A DNA stretch of 64,000 bases, from contig NW_015168777.1 of assembly GCF_001447785.1 (NCBI RefSeq), positions 1-64,000 of the forward strand, written 5' to 3'. Each line of letters opens with the position of its first letter. Within the stretch, counting starts at the first letter, position 1. The notes beneath the pieces are model-generated. The model was not told the DNA's origin, did not search any database, and saw only the letters and a program-made list of their open reading frames with translations. Positions 12,681-25,899 of the stretch are shown one piece after another. The stretch is from Gekko japonicus. Taxonomy: Eukaryota. The position numbers and the translations under genes were made by a program.

Positions 12681-13976
12681 TAATGACAAAGAAATGCCTG
12701 ATCTTTGTTCAATCCTTGGGAAATACAATGAACTTCCTTAGTGAATTCTAATGGACCAGGTTCAGACCAGAGTCACTCTTTAGTTGAAGAAAAGTGATAG
12801 GTCATCAACTGAGTTCACCAAAAATAAACTCAATTTAAGATAGCGGAAATGTTCTGTTCATTTTGGCTGAAAAATAAAACACAGCCACCCTCTCTAATTT
12901 AGAATGTTAGTGAGAAGAAAGGGGGGGAGTTATAGACAGGTGTTCAATAAAGGAAGCTCTGAGGGTCATGTCTCTGATGAGTTTTCAGAGGTTGCCTAAT
13001 TAAATGTACTGAGCTATACTGAGATTAGTTGATTCCAGCTTGGAGGAATGATACAGACGCACTATCAGAGTTAATTTCTGTGGTTTATTGAGAAAATAAA
13101 GGACAGAGAATAGTTCACAAAATCTAATCTAGTGGAAAGCCAGAGATATCTATGTCCCTGTTATAATTTCATCTTCTACCTTGGCACTTTCTGAATTTAT
13201 TTTAAAGACATCTCCAATTCAGGAAGAAAGGAAGGAACCTGGTGATAACGTTCTTAGATTTTAAAGTCATAAATGGTTGACATTGTTTATACATTGTGTT
13301 CCTGAAGTCTCCTTTTCTGTTTAGTATTGTATCCTAGTTGTCACTTTCCACACTCAAACAAATATTATTGTAGGGGCTTCATTTGAAGACATCATGTAAA
13401 CTTCTGTGGTTCAGAGCTCAAATTTCCTGCAAATTGTAAGTATCAACTGTTCTTTCATTAATATGGGACATTTCATTGATTAGGTTCAATTAAATGTAAT
13501 GGCTTGTGTGATATATTCCCCCCACCTTTGTTTGTACTTTTAAAAAATTCTGTTTAAGCCTGGTTGTGTAGCAAAATTGGTGAGGCTTACACACTTGAGA
13601 GAAAGCCAAATAAGAAAAAAATATTATTCAATTCCAACTGCTTTTTGGATGCAAGAGCATAATTCAAGCAAGCAAGCTTAATCTGCATTTATTCTGAAGA
13701 TTCTTTTATATTTAATAATTCTGGGGTTGCATTGCTAACTTGTCTTTTAAATAGTTTAAAGAAAACCAATTGGGTTGGGTCCAGCTTGGTTTTTTACTAG
13801 TGAAAAAGAGAGAGAATGGATCCTCTTTAACTACCCTGAAAAGGTAGGCTAGGAATCATGGGATCAAGACTCTACATGGGATGGAAGCTGTAGTAAGGAA
13901 AGGAATTGGACACCACTGAATGAAAAAAAAAACAGAATGTCAAATAATGGAGCTAAAGGATATGCCTTATTTTACA

Positions 13977-14590
13977 CTAGGAAAAAGGCCCATTGTGGAA
14001 ATAAATACAACGGCCTCTAAAAAGAGGCTCTGGGCAGGTGCCCTGGCATTGGACACTCAGTGTCAATTTGCTGTGGTGACCTCAGCAGTGTATAATGACA
14101 CTGAGTGCACCATTTTCTCTAGAGGAACTAGGTAGCAGAGATCAGTTGTAATTTTGAGTGATCTCCAGCCCTCACCTGGAGATTGGCAATGATGGTTCCC
14201 CAGAAGGGAATAGTTGGTTTGGAGGGTGGAGTCTATGGCTTTGTATCTGTCCGAGGTCCCATGCCTCCTGAAACCTCAGCCTCTCCAGGCTCCATCCCTC
14301 ACTTCTCCAGGAAATTCCCACCTGGAGTTGGCGACCTTATCTTCTTCCCAGCCAATCATCAACCCACCTTTATTTCCCCCTCACTCTTCAGCTTTCCACC
14401 CCCACACACACCTGCAGCCTTTCCCGTGCTCTGAAGCCCTGACTGCTACGTCACATTGGCTGTCATACGGGGGCCACCTCAGCAGCATATAAGGATACAG
14501 AGCCCACCATTTTCTCCAGGGGAACTGATCTCTGCCATCTGGAAAGCAGTTGTAATTCTGAGTGATCTCCAGCCCTCACCTGGAGATTGG
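13977..14590 (-). mobile_element. Non-autonomous Helitron-like composite (inverted paralog of 37437-38438)
   Basis: Minus-strand 3' end AGGCCGTTGT-10nt-ACAATGGGCCT hairpin then TTTTCCTAG|T; internal hAT-MITE-derived blocks shared with the 38 kb copy. Confidence 0.55.
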
Positions 14591-15637
14591 ACACATTTTA
14601 CCTCAGAACAGCAAACTGTTTAGAATGTTAGAGGCAAAAGCCAATCAAGTCGCATATGAAGAAGACTGCATTAAGAAGGCTGATTGGTCAAGACAAACTA
14701 AATAAGCAGGTTGGATCAAACCCTACTTTTGGTTGTGCCACGACCAGAATGATGAATAATCTGTGGGATTCTACTGGCTGTTTTACATGTAAAAGAGGGA
14801 GGAGAAGCCCTGCTTGACCACCAAAAAAGCTATGCTGAGGATCATTGGACCCACCTGGGGGGGAGCCTTGCAAGACAGGCACTGCTGTGGAGTGGGAATA
14901 AAGTGAGATTGAGCAGAAAATGCAGTAAGATCCAACAAAATGGTTTTCAAACCATGCTTGCTACATCATCATTTTGTTGTAAAGATATTTGAACCAGTCC
15001 TGGATTCCAATGCGATACCGGTGTTGTATCAAAAATAAGCAGAGACATAAATGGCATAAAGTAGTCTGAAATCAGTGTCAACATATATGTATATGTGGTG
15101 GGAATTACGTTTTATTATTTTGGCTTGGATCCAAAAGATCTCCCTGCATGTGCAGAAGATGTTTCCATTTGCAGATAGGGGGAGGTTGAACATTATCTGC
15201 AAATTCTTCTGCAGCTCTCCCTCTCCCATGCCCTGACAAGGCAGCTCTGGGGGGTCTTCTCACCTCATACAACCTGGGTTGGGACAAAGAGACTCTGTGC
15301 ATGGGAACGGGGGATTCAGTGTTCCTTCCTGCATGAGTAGATGTTTAATGTATTTTTTCATTTAGAAATTATATATGTTGCTTTTCTGAGGCCTACTTGA
15401 GTCAACTAACAGGTAAAAACAATGCCATAAAGTGATTTATATTAAAAACATGCCATTTTTTCTTTTGATCTGGGTTACTACATTTGTTTAGATGCTTGTC
15501 ACCTGGTGTGCCTGCTCTCGTTCTGTGACTTCATGTTTTATCTTCCGGTACGCAAACATTGCTTTGTTTTGCCAAGAGTCCCATAGCCTGTCCAATGATT
15601 TGATTTTCTCTTATTCGTGCAGGTTTTTGTGCCAGAT

Positions 15638-16591
15638 ATGGAACTAGCAAACCAGACCAGAATCCAGGAGTTTATCCTCCTGGGATTCCCCACCATCATA
15701 GAACTTCAGGTATTGCTGTTTGTCATATTCCTTGTGATCTACACCCTGACACTCCTGGAGAACATTGTAATTATCACCTTGATCAGGACAAACAGCAATC
15801 TTCACAAACCTATGTACTATTTCCTTAGTCACCTATCTTTCCTGGAAACCTGGTACATCTCTGTAACTGTCCCAAAGCTTCTAGTTAACTTCCTGTCAGA
15901 GTACAAAAGTATCTCCTTTGGAGGCTGTATGGCCCAGCTTTACTTCTTTATAGCTCTGGTCTGCACTGAGTGTGTCCTCTTAGCTGTCATGGCCTATGAT
16001 CGCTATGTTGCCATTTGTGACCCATTGCGCTACCCAGTAATCATGACTGCTCGGCCCTGCTTGCACCTGGCTGTGGGATCCTGGCTGGTTGGTTTCCTGA
16101 TTTCTATGCTCAAGGTGTTTTTCATTTCCCGCTTGACCTTCTGTGGACCCAATGTCATCAACCACTTCTTCTGTGACATTTCACCTTTGCTCAACCTCTC
16201 TTGCACAGACCGGACAGTGGCTGAGATGGTGGATTTTGTATTTGCTCTCATCATCCTTTTAATTCCACTGGCAATCACAATGGTCTCCTATGTGTGCATC
16301 ATAAATACCATTTTACGTATCCCCACTGCCCAGGGAAAAAGAAAAGCTTTCTCTACCTGTGCCTCACACCTTACTGTTGTTGTCATCTTCTACTCAGCTA
16401 CCCTCTTCATGTATGCCCGACCAAGAAGAATACATTCATTTAATATGAACAAGCTTGTGTCAGTTGTGTACACTATTGTGACCCCTATGCTGAACCCCTT
16501 CATTTACTGCCTACGGAATCAGGAAGTAAAGGAAGCCCTGAAAAAGTTTTTTTCTAGTTTGAATGCTAACTCTGTGACTGGCAACCACTAG
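15638..16591 (+). CDS. OR6B1: Olfactory receptor OR6B1-like, 317 aa, intact
   Basis: [65 protein letters not shown] resemble recalled OR6B1; acceptor TTCGTGCAG ending 15622. Confidence 0.9.
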   Translation: MELANQTRIQEFILLGFPTIIELQVLLFVIFLVIYTLTLLENIVIITLIRTNSNLHKPMYYFLSHLSFLETWYISVTVPKLLVNFLSEYKSISFGGCMAQLYFFIALVCTECVLLAVMAYDRYVAICDPLRYPVIMTARPCLHLAVGSWLVGFLISMLKVFFISRLTFCGPNVINHFFCDISPLLNLSCTDRTVAEMVDFVFALIILLIPLAITMVSYVCIINTILRIPTAQGKRKAFSTCASHLTVVVIFYSATLFMYARPRRIHSFNMNKLVSVVYTIVTPMLNPFIYCLRNQEVKEALKKFFSSLNANSVTGNH

Positions 16592-17767
16592 GCTCATACA
16601 AGCTGGAGTCATTAGGAACTCATGATGAATTGTTCTGGGTTGGGGGGGGGATGCTGATTGAGACATTACACACTTGTCTTCCAACACTACACATTTGCAA
16701 AAAATAATTCTGCCTACGCTGAATATGTAGAAATTCTATATTTTTTTGTTTTTTTCCTGGGAAAACTTGGTATGTTGATTTCAAGATTGGCTTGAACCAC
16801 CCAGTTTACAACTACCATTGGATCCAACAAGTTGTTTCTGCTGGTGAAAACTGAAGGCCTGTCCTCTTTGACTATCCCACAATACTATGCTGGCAATCAT
16901 GGCACTGGCATGTACAAAAAACATGTTGGACAGGGGCAGTAGTAAGAAGAAGAATTGAACATGGTTGAGTAGTAAAGCTGGCTGGATCCAATCCATAGTC
17001 ATTGAATTTAACTGTTTGCTCAGAATGCTGTTTTTACACATGCAAGATAGATCATTGTCAATGCATTACATCAGAAGCTGGAAACTGAATTTTCCTGTTT
17101 CATATAATTTCCTGTTGCAAATAATTGTCATAGTGCATTGAGAACACGTCATCCAATGTGTGAAAGCAGTCTTAGGCCTATTATGCACATGTGCTTTCCC
17201 TCACTTTCACCATGCATGTTTGTCAGGTTTTCTTTGTTGTTTTGCATTGATTTTCTTCCCTTCGGCGCTCAGTTCACTCTCTGGTTGCCGTTTTCCTGGG
17301 TTTTCTGAGTGCTTGTTTACCGATTTCACTTTTTTCACCCCTTTTTTCACTTCCAAGCTGTAGATAATTCAAAAGAATACAGATTCCCTCAGATTTTCCC
17401 CCACCCCTTTGCTGCCCCTGGAAAGTCACTCCCCGCCCTCATCAAGGTCATACCACCCACTCTGTACTTTCCACCATCCTCCCTCCATCAGTGTACATGC
17501 TCCATTTCCCCCTCATTTTTTTTTTTGACAAGCAGCATGAGACTACTGTAGTCTCAGATTGCTGAATTTAAAAAAATGGGGGGGGGGGAGTTTAAAAGGG
17601 GCTGTGGAAGGTTTAGTTCCCTGCTGATATTTACTTAAAGGGGAGATTGGAGAGGAGGCAAATGGCAGCATTCCCAGTGCAAAAAAAGAAAAAAAGAAAA
17701 AAGATTTTAGTGCTGCATTCAAACAAAATAAAGGGAGAGATCCTCAGCACAGAATGAAACTGACATG

Positions 17768-17772
<5 letters not shown>

Positions 17773-17809
<37 letters not shown>

Positions 17810-18446
17810 NNNNNNNNNNNNNNNNNNNNNNNNNNNNNNNNNNNNNNNNNNNNNNNNNNNNNNNNNNNNNNNNNNNNNNNNNNNNNNNNNNNNNNNNNNN
17901 NNNNNNNNNNNNNNNNNNNNNNNNNNNNNNNNNNNNNNNNNNNNNNNNNNNNNNNNNNNNNNNNNNNNNNNNNNNNNNNNNNNNNNNNNNNNNNNNNNNN
18001 NNNNNNNNNNNNNNNNNNNNNNNNNNNNNNNNNNNNNNNNNNNNNNNNNNNNNNNNNNNNNNNNNNNNNNNNNNNNNNNNNNNNNNNNNNNNNNNNNNNN
18101 NNNNNNNNNNNNNNNNNNNNNNNNNNNNNNNNNNNNNNNNNNNNNNNNNNNNNNNNNNNNNNNNNNNNNNNNNNNNNNNNNNNNNNNNNNNNNNNNNNNN
18201 NNNNNNNNNNNNNNNNNNNNNNNNNNNNNNNNNNNNNNNNNNNNNNNNNNNNNNNNNNNNNNNNNNNNNNNNNNNNNNNNNNNNNNNNNNNNNNNNNNNN
18301 NNNNNNNNNNNNNNNNNNNNNNNNNNNNNNNNNNNNNNNNNNNNNNNNNNNNNNNNNNNNNNNNNNNNNNNNNNNNNNNNNNNNNNNNNNNNNNNNNNNN
18401 NNNNNNNNNNNNNNNNNNNNNNGGGGAGAGAAAAAAAGAAAACAAC

Positions 18447-18482
<36 letters not shown>
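17773..18482. repeat. (GA)n microsatellite flanking assembly gap 17810-18422
   Basis: GA repeats on both sides of the N run. Confidence 0.95.
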
Positions 18483-18486
<4 letters not shown>

Positions 18487-20760
18487 AGCCTAAAGCTTTG
18501 AAAACATTTTTCTGGAAGCCTAACATTAAAATGGCAGCTCAGCCACATGGACCTTATGTGAACTGCTGAATTTAAGAATTGCTTAGGATTGATCCATTTG
18601 GAGGAACAGTGCAATCCACACAGGACAAGCTCTAAAAAACTGCAATGATCACGACCAGAGTGCAGGATCAAATTAGAAAATCAAAAAGAGAAAACCACAC
18701 ACATTTGCAAGGAAGGGCAGGAAATTAGCGTTACTATGCAACTCCACTAGGGCATCGGCAAAAATACCCCACCATTTTTTTCAATTTAATGGCACAAAAC
18801 TATAAAAGCTCTCCAGAGCTTTTGCCAGACAGCTCTTCGCCCATACAGATTGCAGCCCTGTGCAAAGCGTGGTAGAGTTGCAGCTGACTTTGGACGGGCA
18901 CGAGCATGCACACACACATGTTGCCAATGATCACAGCTTGCAATGCCAGTGTCAGTGGGTTCTACCTGGGCCTGTGGCTACAGTGGGGCATCTTGGGGCC
19001 ATGTCCCTTAATTTACAGCCACAGCCACAAATATCTCCACCAGAAAACATGTTTTTTAAAAAATAATTATTTGTGTATTCAGCCGTGCTGCACACACACA
19101 CACCCCGGTTAGTCTGCCGGGCTGCTTTCTCCCCCATACATGCATTCTGTACACTCAACATTTTCCCCCATATTATGAGATCATGTGACTCCCATTTTTC
19201 ACAGTGGCTGGCTGATAACACAGCATAGAATCTCCTAGTGCTTGGCAATATGGAAAACAGGGCTTCACAGCTTCTTGTCAGTTCCAGGAAAAAGTCTGGT
19301 GTGGGTTGTGGGGAGAGGAAGGGAAAGCAATTGTAATCCTCTGTGAAACTCCTTTGGGTAGTGAAGACCGGGGTGTAAAAACCAACTCTTCCTCCTCTTC
19401 TGAATTTTGGTTATAATTTTTATTGTCAGACTTGTCTTAGTGTTGGGCAACAAAGGCCTCAAATGTGTTGGATGAATGCATCAGTTTACCTTTATGTAAA
19501 TATTGTTTACTTTAGTAAAAGAAATCTATGTGCTTCCCCCCCCCAAAATGTGACTCATTTCTTTGTTTACTTTATTTATATCCCACCTTTGTCCACAGTG
19601 AGAACACAAAGTGTTTTACATCATTCTCCTCTCTTCCATTTTATCCTCACAACAACCCTATTGAAGTAGATTAGGCTATTCATGTGTACCCCACAGAGCA
19701 GGGATTTTAACTTGGTCCTTTCGGACACTAGTCTGACACTGACTACTACACCACACTGGATCTCAAAATGCAATACATCCCAAGTGATAAAATACTTAAA
19801 AACCATTTAAACTACAGATAGTCACAACAACCTGACCCGGGCCAAACAATGGTAGGGGAGTCAGCGGAAGAGACTTCACTAGGTGGCTAGCAGCAACTGA
19901 ATGAGATCTGGCTGAGATTGTCCTCATCTGCTCACAAGTACATTCCCAGAGGCCATGAGCTCTTAGCCCAAGGTTCAAAGCCTAGAGCTGGCCAAAGATA
20001 AGCTGCAAGACAAAGAAGATTTACCTTGACTCAGAAGCCTTTCCCTAACCTTCTCTCTCTTTTTTTTCCTTTCAGTCCAGATTAACCATTGAGAAGTAGG
20101 AACCCACAAGGATTTGCAGGGTGTATCTCATCGCCCTCTCCCCTACTATTTCTTTTTTTTCCCTTTCTTGAAAACCCCCATAGTTTCTGATCCTTTTCTG
20201 CCTCCTTCTCTCCTTCTTATCTATACCAATCCACATTTATCTCCTCTCCATCTTCAGTTTTCCACACTTTGCTAGCCCTGGCACCCTCTACTCAGAAAAC
20301 TACAGCCCAGTTGTGTGGCACCAATTGCCAGGGCAGGACAGGGCAGGCCCATTTGCACAGTGGGGAATGACTGCAAATCGAAATTATAAATAAACACTTA
20401 CAAGGAGCACCCCATTTCCCCTATCTCATATTCCCCACACTATTTGTTCTTTCCCATCACGTGGCAGTCTCCATGTCTTCACCCTTGTCTACTTTCTTCT
20501 CTCCTTCTCACACACCCACCAGTGTAACTTGGAGAAGAAGGGAAGGAGGGAGGAGGGAGATGAGGGAAGGAGGGAGGAAGAGGCAAACTAATTAACCAAA
20601 TGGTGAGGTGCTGCTTTTCCAGCCTCAGGTGGGCCAGGTCCTGCCTTCCTTGTCTCATGCAGGCCAGGCACTGAGTCCCTGATCTTGGCCAGGCACCTAA
20701 CTTCCTTGTGCATGGTTTGGTAGGGCCACCTGGGTGCCTCTCTTGCCTCATGTGTGCTTG

Positions 20761-23383
20761 GCTAGCTCCCTTGCCTTCCATGGGGCTTGGCCAGGTGCCA
20801 CTGCCATCTGCCTCACCTTGTGTGGGGAGCAGCTAGTTTGAGTCCCACCACCTTCTGCCTCGCCTTGTACTTAGCTCATCTGGGTACAGACACCACTTCA
20901 CCTCACGTGGGTTTTGGCCAGATGCCACCATCTCCCTTGCCTTGTGCAGGGTCTCAACCATGCCAGGTGGCACTGCCTGTGTTGCCTTGCACAGGCTGAG
21001 CCAGGCACCACTAGCCCCCTGATTCACTTCACATAGGGATCTAGTGGGCTGAGTTCCAACTCCCCTGCCTCACCTCAGGCAGGCTGGGCACCATCTCCAT
21101 TGCACTGCACACAGCTTAGATGGGCCAAGGTCAGCCCTTCTGTCATAGGGCTGACCTGGCCCAGGCTGAAGGGGAGGCTATCAGCCCAGTTGGGGGCATC
21201 CTGGTGCTATTAATGGCCAATACCTTCTGTCTGTGAGGCAAGTTAGGCTAAGAATGTGTAAATGGCCCACGATCACCCAGTAGGGTTACCATTCCCCAGA
21301 CGGAGGTGGGGATCTCCCATTTTCGTGGGCTCCTTCTGCCAGCAATCAGCTGACTGGTGGGAGGAAATTCCCCCATCCCCCGAACAGCAACATTGTGTAT
21401 AATGTGCTGACATCACCCGGAAGTGATGTAGGCTCATTGGTGACATGGGGGGGTGACACTCTGGTTTTTGGGCAAAATTCTATGGTTTGAGGGAAATTTC
21501 ACCACAGAGTTTTGCCCAAAAAACAATATCACTGGTGTGCCTACATCACGTCAGGGTGATGTTTGCATGCCGCACGACATCCCCACCCGCTCCCAGAACG
21601 CCCCACAATCCCTCCACTGGCACAGTTATTGGACCTGACAACCCTATCACCCAGTCAGTTGCTAAGGTAGAAAGGTGATTTGTGATCATAGTCTGAAACT
21701 GTAACCACTGTACCACAATGTCTTCCGTGGGGTAGCTTCTGTTGCACCGTAAGAAGCAGCCAGGCCTAGGTGAGTCATGCAAGTTGCATGGTAGTAATTT
21801 GTTCAGAGGTTGCCGCCAGGCCTGGCACAATTAATTCTCCTTCAAAAGCCAAATCAGCCCTGGAATCCTATTAAGGACAAATAGGAATCCTATTAAGGAC
21901 AAACAAGAAAGAGGACCCGCAAAACTTGTGGGGGGGNNNNNNNNNNNNNNNNNNNNNNNNNNNNNNNNNNNNNNNNNNNNNNNNNNNNNNNNNNNNNNNN
22001 NNNNNNNNNNNNNNNNNNNNNNNNNNNNNNNNNNNNNNNNNNNNNNNNNNNNNNNNNNNNNNNNNNNNNNNNNNNNNNNNNNNNNNNNNNNNNNNNNNNN
22101 NNNNNNNNNNNNNNNNNNNNNNNNNNNNNNNNNNNNNNNNNNNNNNNNNNNNNNNNNNNNNNNNNNNNNNNNNNNNNNNNNNNNNNNNNNNNNNNNNNNN
22201 NNNNNNNGCTAGCTCCCTTGCCTTCCATGGGGCTTGGCCAGGTGCCACTGCCATCTGCCTCACCTTGTGTGGGGAGCAGCTAGTCTGAGTCCCACCACCT
22301 TCTGCCTCGCCTTGCACTTAGCTCATCTGGGCACAGACACTACTTCACCTCATGTGGGGTTTGGCCAGATGCCACCATTTCCCATGCCTTGTGCAGGGTC
22401 TCAACCATGCCAGGTGGCACTGCCTGTGTTGCCTTGCACAGGCTGAGCCAGGCACCACTAGCCCCCTGATTCACTTCACATAGGGATCTAGTGGGCTGAG
22501 TTCCAACTCCCCTGCCTCACCTCAGGCAGGCTGGGCACCATCTCCATTGCACTGCACACAGCTTAGATGGGCCAAGGTCAGCCCTTCTGTCATAGGGCTG
22601 ACCTGGCTCAGGCTGAAGGGGAGGCTATCAGCCCAGTTGGGGGCATCCTGGTGCTATTAATGGCCAATACCTTCTGTCTGTGAGGCAAGTTAGGCTAAGA
22701 ATGTGTAAATGGCCCACGGTCGCCCAGTAGGGTTACCATTCCCCAGGTGGGGGTGGGGATCTCCCATTTTCGTGGGCTCCTTCTGCCAGCAATCAGCTGA
22801 CTGGTGGGAGGAAATTCCCCCATCCCCCAAACATCAACATTGTGTATAATGTGCTGACATCACCCGGAAGTGATGTAGGCTCATTGGTGACATGGGGGGG
22901 TGACACTCTGGTTTTTGGGCAAAATTCTATGGTTTGAGGGAAATTTCACCACAGAGTTTTGCCCAAAAAACAATATCACTGGTGTGCCTACATCACGTCA
23001 GGGTGATGTTTGCATGCCGCACGACATCCCCACCCGCTCCCAGAACGCCCCACAATCCCTCCACTGGCACAGTTATTGGACCTGACAACCCTATCACCCA
23101 GTCAGTTGCTAAGGTAGAAAGGTGATTTGTGATCATAGTCTGAAACTGTAACCACTGTACCACAATGTCTTCCATGGGGTAGCTTCTGTTGCACCATAAG
23201 AAGCAGCCAGGCCTAGGTGAGTCATGCAAGTTGCATGGTAGTAATTTGTTCAGAGGTTGCCGCCAGGCCTGGCACAATTAATTCTCCTTCAAAAGCCAAA
23301 ACAGCCCTGGAATCCTATTAAGGACAAATAGGAATCCTATTAAGGACAAACAAGAAAGAGGACCCGCGAAACTCGCAGGGGGG
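20761..23383 (+). repeat. Tandem duplication (20761-21936 and 22208-23383, offset 1447) around gap 21937-22207
   Basis: Identical small ORFs repeated; about 23 substitutions counted by eye over about 1176 nt. Confidence 0.9.
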
Positions 23384-23511
23384 GCGGTGGAGCTCCACAC
23401 TGAGCGGGCGGGGGAGGAACCAGCAGGAGCAGGTAAGCTTTCCCTCCCCCATCCCGCCGGTTCCCCATCTCCTCCACCCACTCCCGCCTCCTCCCCCCCC
23501 CCCCGCCAGTT

Positions 23512-24736
23512 TGTGCAGGGATCTCCAGGCAGTTCGGTGCCAGCACTCTCTCATGCCGGCTTGTCTCCTTGCCTTCGGAGCGATGATTTCACCCGTTTCC
23601 TACTTCCCGTGGAGCTCCCTTCTCCCTATCAGGTTTCTCAGCGCCTCATTCCTTTTCCCATCCAAGCGCACAATCTCTGCTCCTCTCCTCTTATGTTTCC
23701 CTGCCTACAGTTTAGAACCAGCTGCCGCCGGAGCCCCTGGGGCAGGGTTAATCCTTGGACCCGGCTTCAGGAGATAGGGAGCCGGGCTCCTCCCCTCTTG
23801 CCAAGAGCTAAGCAACCTTCGATAACAGGAGCTGCTGGTACAGTGAAAACACCTCCTCGTCATCTCGGTCCTCTTCCCCCTCGCTTGGAGACGCTCTCAT
23901 CGGAGTTANNNNNNNNNNNNNNNNNNNNNNNNNNNNNNNNNNNNNNNNNNNNNNNNNNNNNNNNNNNNNNNNNNNNNNNNNNNNNNNNNNNNNNNNNNNN
24001 NNNNNNNNNNNNNNNNNNNNNNNNNNNNNNNNNNNNNNNNNNNNNNNNNNNNNNNNNNNNNNNNNNNNNNNNNNNNNNNNNNNNNNNNNNNNNNNNNNNN
24101 NNNNNNNNNNNNNNNNNNNNNNNNNNNNNNNNNNNNNNNNNNNNNNNNNNNNNNNNNNNNNNNNNNNNNNNNNNNNNNNNNNNNNNNNNNNNNNNNNNNN
24201 NNNNNNNNNNNNNNNNNNNNNNNNNNNNNNNNNNNNNNNNNNNNNNNNNNNNNNNNNNNNNNNNNNNNNNNNNNNNNNNNNNNNNNNNNNNNNNNNNNNN
24301 NNNNNNNNNNNNNNNNNNNNNNNNNNNNNNNNNNNNNNNNNNNNNNNNNNNNNNNNNNNNNNNNNNNNNNNNNNNNNNNNNNNNNNNNNNNNNNNNNNNN
24401 NNNNNNNNNNNNNNNNNNNNNNNNNNNNNNNNNNNNNNNNNNNNNNNNNNNNNNNNNNNNNNNNNNNNNNNNNNNNNNNNNNNNNNNNNNNNNNNNNNNN
24501 NNNNNNNNNNNNNNNNNNNNNNNNNNNNNNNNNNNNNNNNNNNNNNNNNNNNNNNNNNNNNNNNNNNNNNNNNNNNNNNNNNNNNNNNNNNNNNNTGGGC
24601 CCCAGGGGTGTGTCCCCTGGTTGTGTATATAGTTGGCCTGCCGGCCGTTGTTCCTTGTCTTTGTTGTGTACTCAATAAAGCGTGCTATGCACTACGTCGT
24701 CGTCTGTCGTTTCTCCATGCGGCAACCCACTACACA
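23512..24736 (+). mobile_element. Possible solo LTR spanning gap 23909-24595
   Basis: TGTG..CACA ends, TATATA about 24626 and AATAAA about 24674; no clean TSD. Confidence 0.35.
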
Positions 24737-25899
24737 ATAGTTGGAAATTAGAATATAAGATAAGAGCCAGAGTTGCTGTTTTTTGCAAGAGACTTTATTA
24801 ATGATATAAGGTGAAATTCATAAATGTACTACAATTTAGGCATGAGTTTGTAAAAGAAATAACTGATAGACTAATATCCACCACCACTGTATGTTTGTTT
24901 TGTCTTTAAAAAAATAAATATTTTTAAAGGCCAAAACAGCCCTGAAAAGGACCCCCCCTCCCCGCTTCTTAGCTACAGAAACCAGCCTGGACTGCTTTCA
25001 TAACTGTTGTGGTTGCCTAGCAATGGCCACCAAGGGCATCCATTTTTTTTTAAGCTACAGTCACTCCTTTATGATTTTAATCCATCATCATAATTGTTGT
25101 TGTTGTTTCAGATTTCAATGGGCCCATTGAAGGACCTACTAGAAACTACAGTATCATGAATTAGTGGAATCAACAGTGATACTTTTGATAGGTCACCAGA
25201 AGAAATTAATTGTTGAGAGACAGTTTATGCTATACATCTTTGTTCAGAAGATCATTCATCGAAACGGCAGGATATTCAGGAGACCACCGTCTACATTCAC
25301 TAATATATTGTTTACCTTTTCATTATTGTATAATTTTGACTCTTTAATATATGATTAGGATTACTTTGTCACAGTTTTTTTCGATTTCCGCTTGTCTATT
25401 GACTGTGTCCATCCTTTTGACAATTTCTGATGCAGATGCACCACATCTTGATTCCAGGGGCTTATGCCCATCAGTAATTGCATGGGCAAATGTGCAGGCA
25501 TTTATCATTACTCGGACTGCTTAACTTGGCTTGTTTGAGAGCTCTGATGTGTCTAAGCTGCAAAGGTTTCGAAATAACTTTTTATGTTCTGATATAGTTA
25601 TTTAGCCTAACAAAGTCTTGAGAACTCATTTGTTACCTAATAGCTGCCTAGTTGGGCAATTCTCCAGGCCTCAGAAGTGGGGAAAATTGATTTAGAATGG
25701 GGCATCTTTTGTAAAGAGGAAACTCTAAACAACTGAGTAAGAGGAAACTCTAAGTAATTACCTGATTGCAAGCTGCATTGAAGCTGCTGTCATTATTGTG
25801 ACAGAAGTGAGTGAAAGGGAGCTTTGATAAGGAAGTGGAAGAGATTTGAATAACATAAACAATGTAATGGCAAGCCAAATATAATTAGCGCCAAATGGG

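Noticed and set aside
15617-15637. N-terminal extensions of OR ORFs (also 32553, 51890, 60576)
   Set aside because: The first three overlap splice acceptors or use non-ATG starts; the downstream ATG precedes the N-glycosylation sequon. 60576 cannot be excluded.
17631-24751. Long ORFs of 240-454 aa
   Set aside because: They run through N gaps and microsatellites.
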